The position numbers and the translations under genes are program-made. 64,000 bases of DNA from a virus: positions 1 through 64,000 of IMG/VR virus record IMGVR_UViG_3300042987_004038; one strand, given 5' to 3'. The notes beneath the pieces were generated by a model, which saw nothing but the letters and a program-made list of their open reading frames with translations, was not told where the DNA came from and made no database searches. Positions 62,485-64,000 of this stretch are shown piece by piece. The number at the start of each line of letters is the position of its first letter. Within the stretch, counting starts at the first letter, position 1.

Positions 62485-64000
62485 TGCCAAGACTTCGAAC
62501 AAAGCCACCCGTCTTTAGGTCAAAAAAAACGCAAACAGTTACAAATTCTGTCAAAAGAGACATCTCAAACGTATCTCTGCAGGGAAGAGATACGTCTAAT
62601 GAGAATTTTTTTCTTGATTCATATAAGACTGGTTTTAAATCAACTCAGCAGCTAGCACTCGACTTTTCACAATTCAAAAATCACACGTTTTTTTCTCCAG
62701 CAAGAGCAAAAGTCGACGTTGCTCTATTTAAATCAATAAATGAATTTCCTTTTACAGGATCAATAACAGAAATTGACAAGTTTTTAGTTGGATTGACAGG
62801 TTTTGAAAGATACGTCTTTGATTCTATCCCAAGAAACACAGGGTATCTATTTTTTTCAGGGACACAAGTCGGAGAAACATCCGGAGGAACATACATAGAT
62901 GTTTCTCCTATTTCGGGACATGAATTTCCAAATTCGCCTGGTGCAACAGCAGAACAAGCTCTTGTCATAAATGGAAGTCCTTTTGAAATTGAATTGCACT
63001 TATATGTGCCTGAGGTTTTTAACGACAATCAAATTGTTGTACAGCGGCTGCAAGATGAAGCCGGATATACTCTGGCTCTCTCTTCTTCTTTGTCAAGTAA
63101 CGAATGCAAGATAGTCTTCCTTGTTTCTTCAGCTTCTGATTCTTACCTCGTTGCGTCTGGAACGTTAGAAAAAGGAAATTTTTCTCACGTTAGAGCGTGT
63201 CTGTTTAATACTGATAACGGGAAGCAGTCTTTTGTGTATCTAGATGATAAACTAATAAGCTCTTCATCGGATACACAAGATTTTGGATCTCTTGTATTTG
63301 ATACATCTAGTCTCATAATTGGAAGTGGATCTCGTCACACAATACTTGATTATGATTTTTTACCAAGACAAACGCTTAGTGGTGCAATCGACGAATTTAG
63401 ATTTTTTTCAAAGCAGCGCGACGAGGAGACTATAAGCAAGTTTTCAAAAAGTCAGATGTTTGCAACCGGAGGCCTTGAAGCTTATTTCAGATTTGATGAG
63501 CCTGCAGGAAACTATAGCATGAAAGACATCGTGCTAGACCACTCAGGAAGGTGTTTGCACTCTAGAATCTTAAACTACATTCCCGTTCTAAGAGTGACAT
63601 CTTCTATCAGCGTTCCGCTTTATAGTCAAAATCCATATTTTAGTCCTGTTCTTTACCCAGATTTTGTTCCATTTTCTTCAAGAATTACTGACCTTATTTC
63701 AAGTGCGTCAAGCTATGATAATGAAAATCCAAATATTGTAACAAATCTTGTGCCAATTCATTATCTTGTTGAGAGTGCAAACGCAGCAGGACTTCAGTCA
63801 GTGAGTAGCGGAATAGGTGTTTTCCCTTCGATTGTTGATTTACCCGGAACTGGAGAGATTCCAGAAACATCTGCTCTCTTGCGTACGCTCATAATGATGT
63901 CAATACCGCTAGATGAAATCAAGCAATTTATTGATAGCATGTCTACACTTCTCGCAGTCGAATTAGGGAATGAAGAAAAATTAAATAGTCAAATGATTAA
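62484..64000 (+). CDS. Large structural protein with LamG/concanavalin-like domain (3' truncated; not in ORF track)
   Basis: Frame from ATG 62484 appears open to the window end; GAIDEFRFF, YFRFDEP, VLDHSG. Confidence 0.7.
   Translation, partial: MPRLRTKPPVFRSKKTQTVTNSVKRDISNVSLQGRDTSNENFFLDSYKTGFKSTQQLALDFSQFKNHTFFSPARAKVDVALFKSINEFPFTGSITEIDKFLVGLTGFERYVFDSIPRNTGYLFFSGTQVGETSGGTYIDVSPISGHEFPNSPGATAEQALVINGSPFEIELHLYVPEVFNDNQIVVQRLQDEAGYTLALSSSLSSNECKIVFLVSSASDSYLVASGTLEKGNFSHVRACLFNTDNGKQSFVYLDDKLISSSSDTQDFGSLVFDTSSLIIGSGSRHTILDYDFLPRQTLSGAIDEFRFFSKQRDEETISKFSKSQMFATGGLEAYFRFDEPAGNYSMKDIVLDHSGRCLHSRILNYIPVLRVTSSISVPLYSQNPYFSPVLYPDFVPFSSRITDLISSASSYDNENPNIVTNLVPIHYLVESANAAGLQSVSSGIGVFPSIVDLPGTGEIPETSALLRTLIMMSIPLDEIKQFIDSMSTLLAVELGNEEKLNSQMI

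Noticed and set aside
1-64000. Stop-codon reassignment as seen in some jumbo phages
   Set aside because: Recognisable genes are full length in the standard code and end at TAA, TAG or TGA with tight coupling.
1-64000. tRNA or rRNA genes
   Set aside because: No cloverleaf with a T-loop GTTCRA in intergenic gaps was recognised by eye; tRNAscan-SE would be needed to exclude them formally.

Overview
Fragment of a large tailed dsDNA (jumbo, myovirus-like) phage genome, almost entirely coded on the + strand, with two sharply different halves. (1) 1-20.3 kb is GC-rich (about two-thirds G+C by eye). It is a dense array of about 65 very small ORFs organised as promoter-RBS-gene cassettes. I located 38 copies of a conserved promoter-like motif, CGTGCG-N17-TA(G/C/T)(A/G)AT with an extended TGn, usually butted directly against the upstream stop codon. 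The cargo includes duplicated paralog families, a tandem run of overlapping SH3/KOW-like 'GDLV' genes, micropeptides, a GIY-YIG nuclease and a ribosomal L7/L12 C-terminal-domain-like protein. (2) A non-coding junction at about 20.3-20.76 kb, with G/C runs then A/T tracts and a repeated near-palindrome, leads into an AT-rich region (about one-third G+C). That region holds proteins sharing an N-terminal 'MRITxSQLRxIIKEE' leader (one with ADP-ribosyltransferase motifs), a YeaH/YhbH-SpoVR-PrkA cluster, a degenerate chaperonin, a sigma-region-4-only protein, PIN-PhoH, two paralogous fibre proteins, a ~17 kb glycan-modification cluster, a sigma-like factor and baseplate genes. No tRNA, rRNA, CRISPR array, integrase or reverse transcriptase was seen. 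All calls are by eye from motifs, with no database searches; some starts were re-chosen from RBS position.
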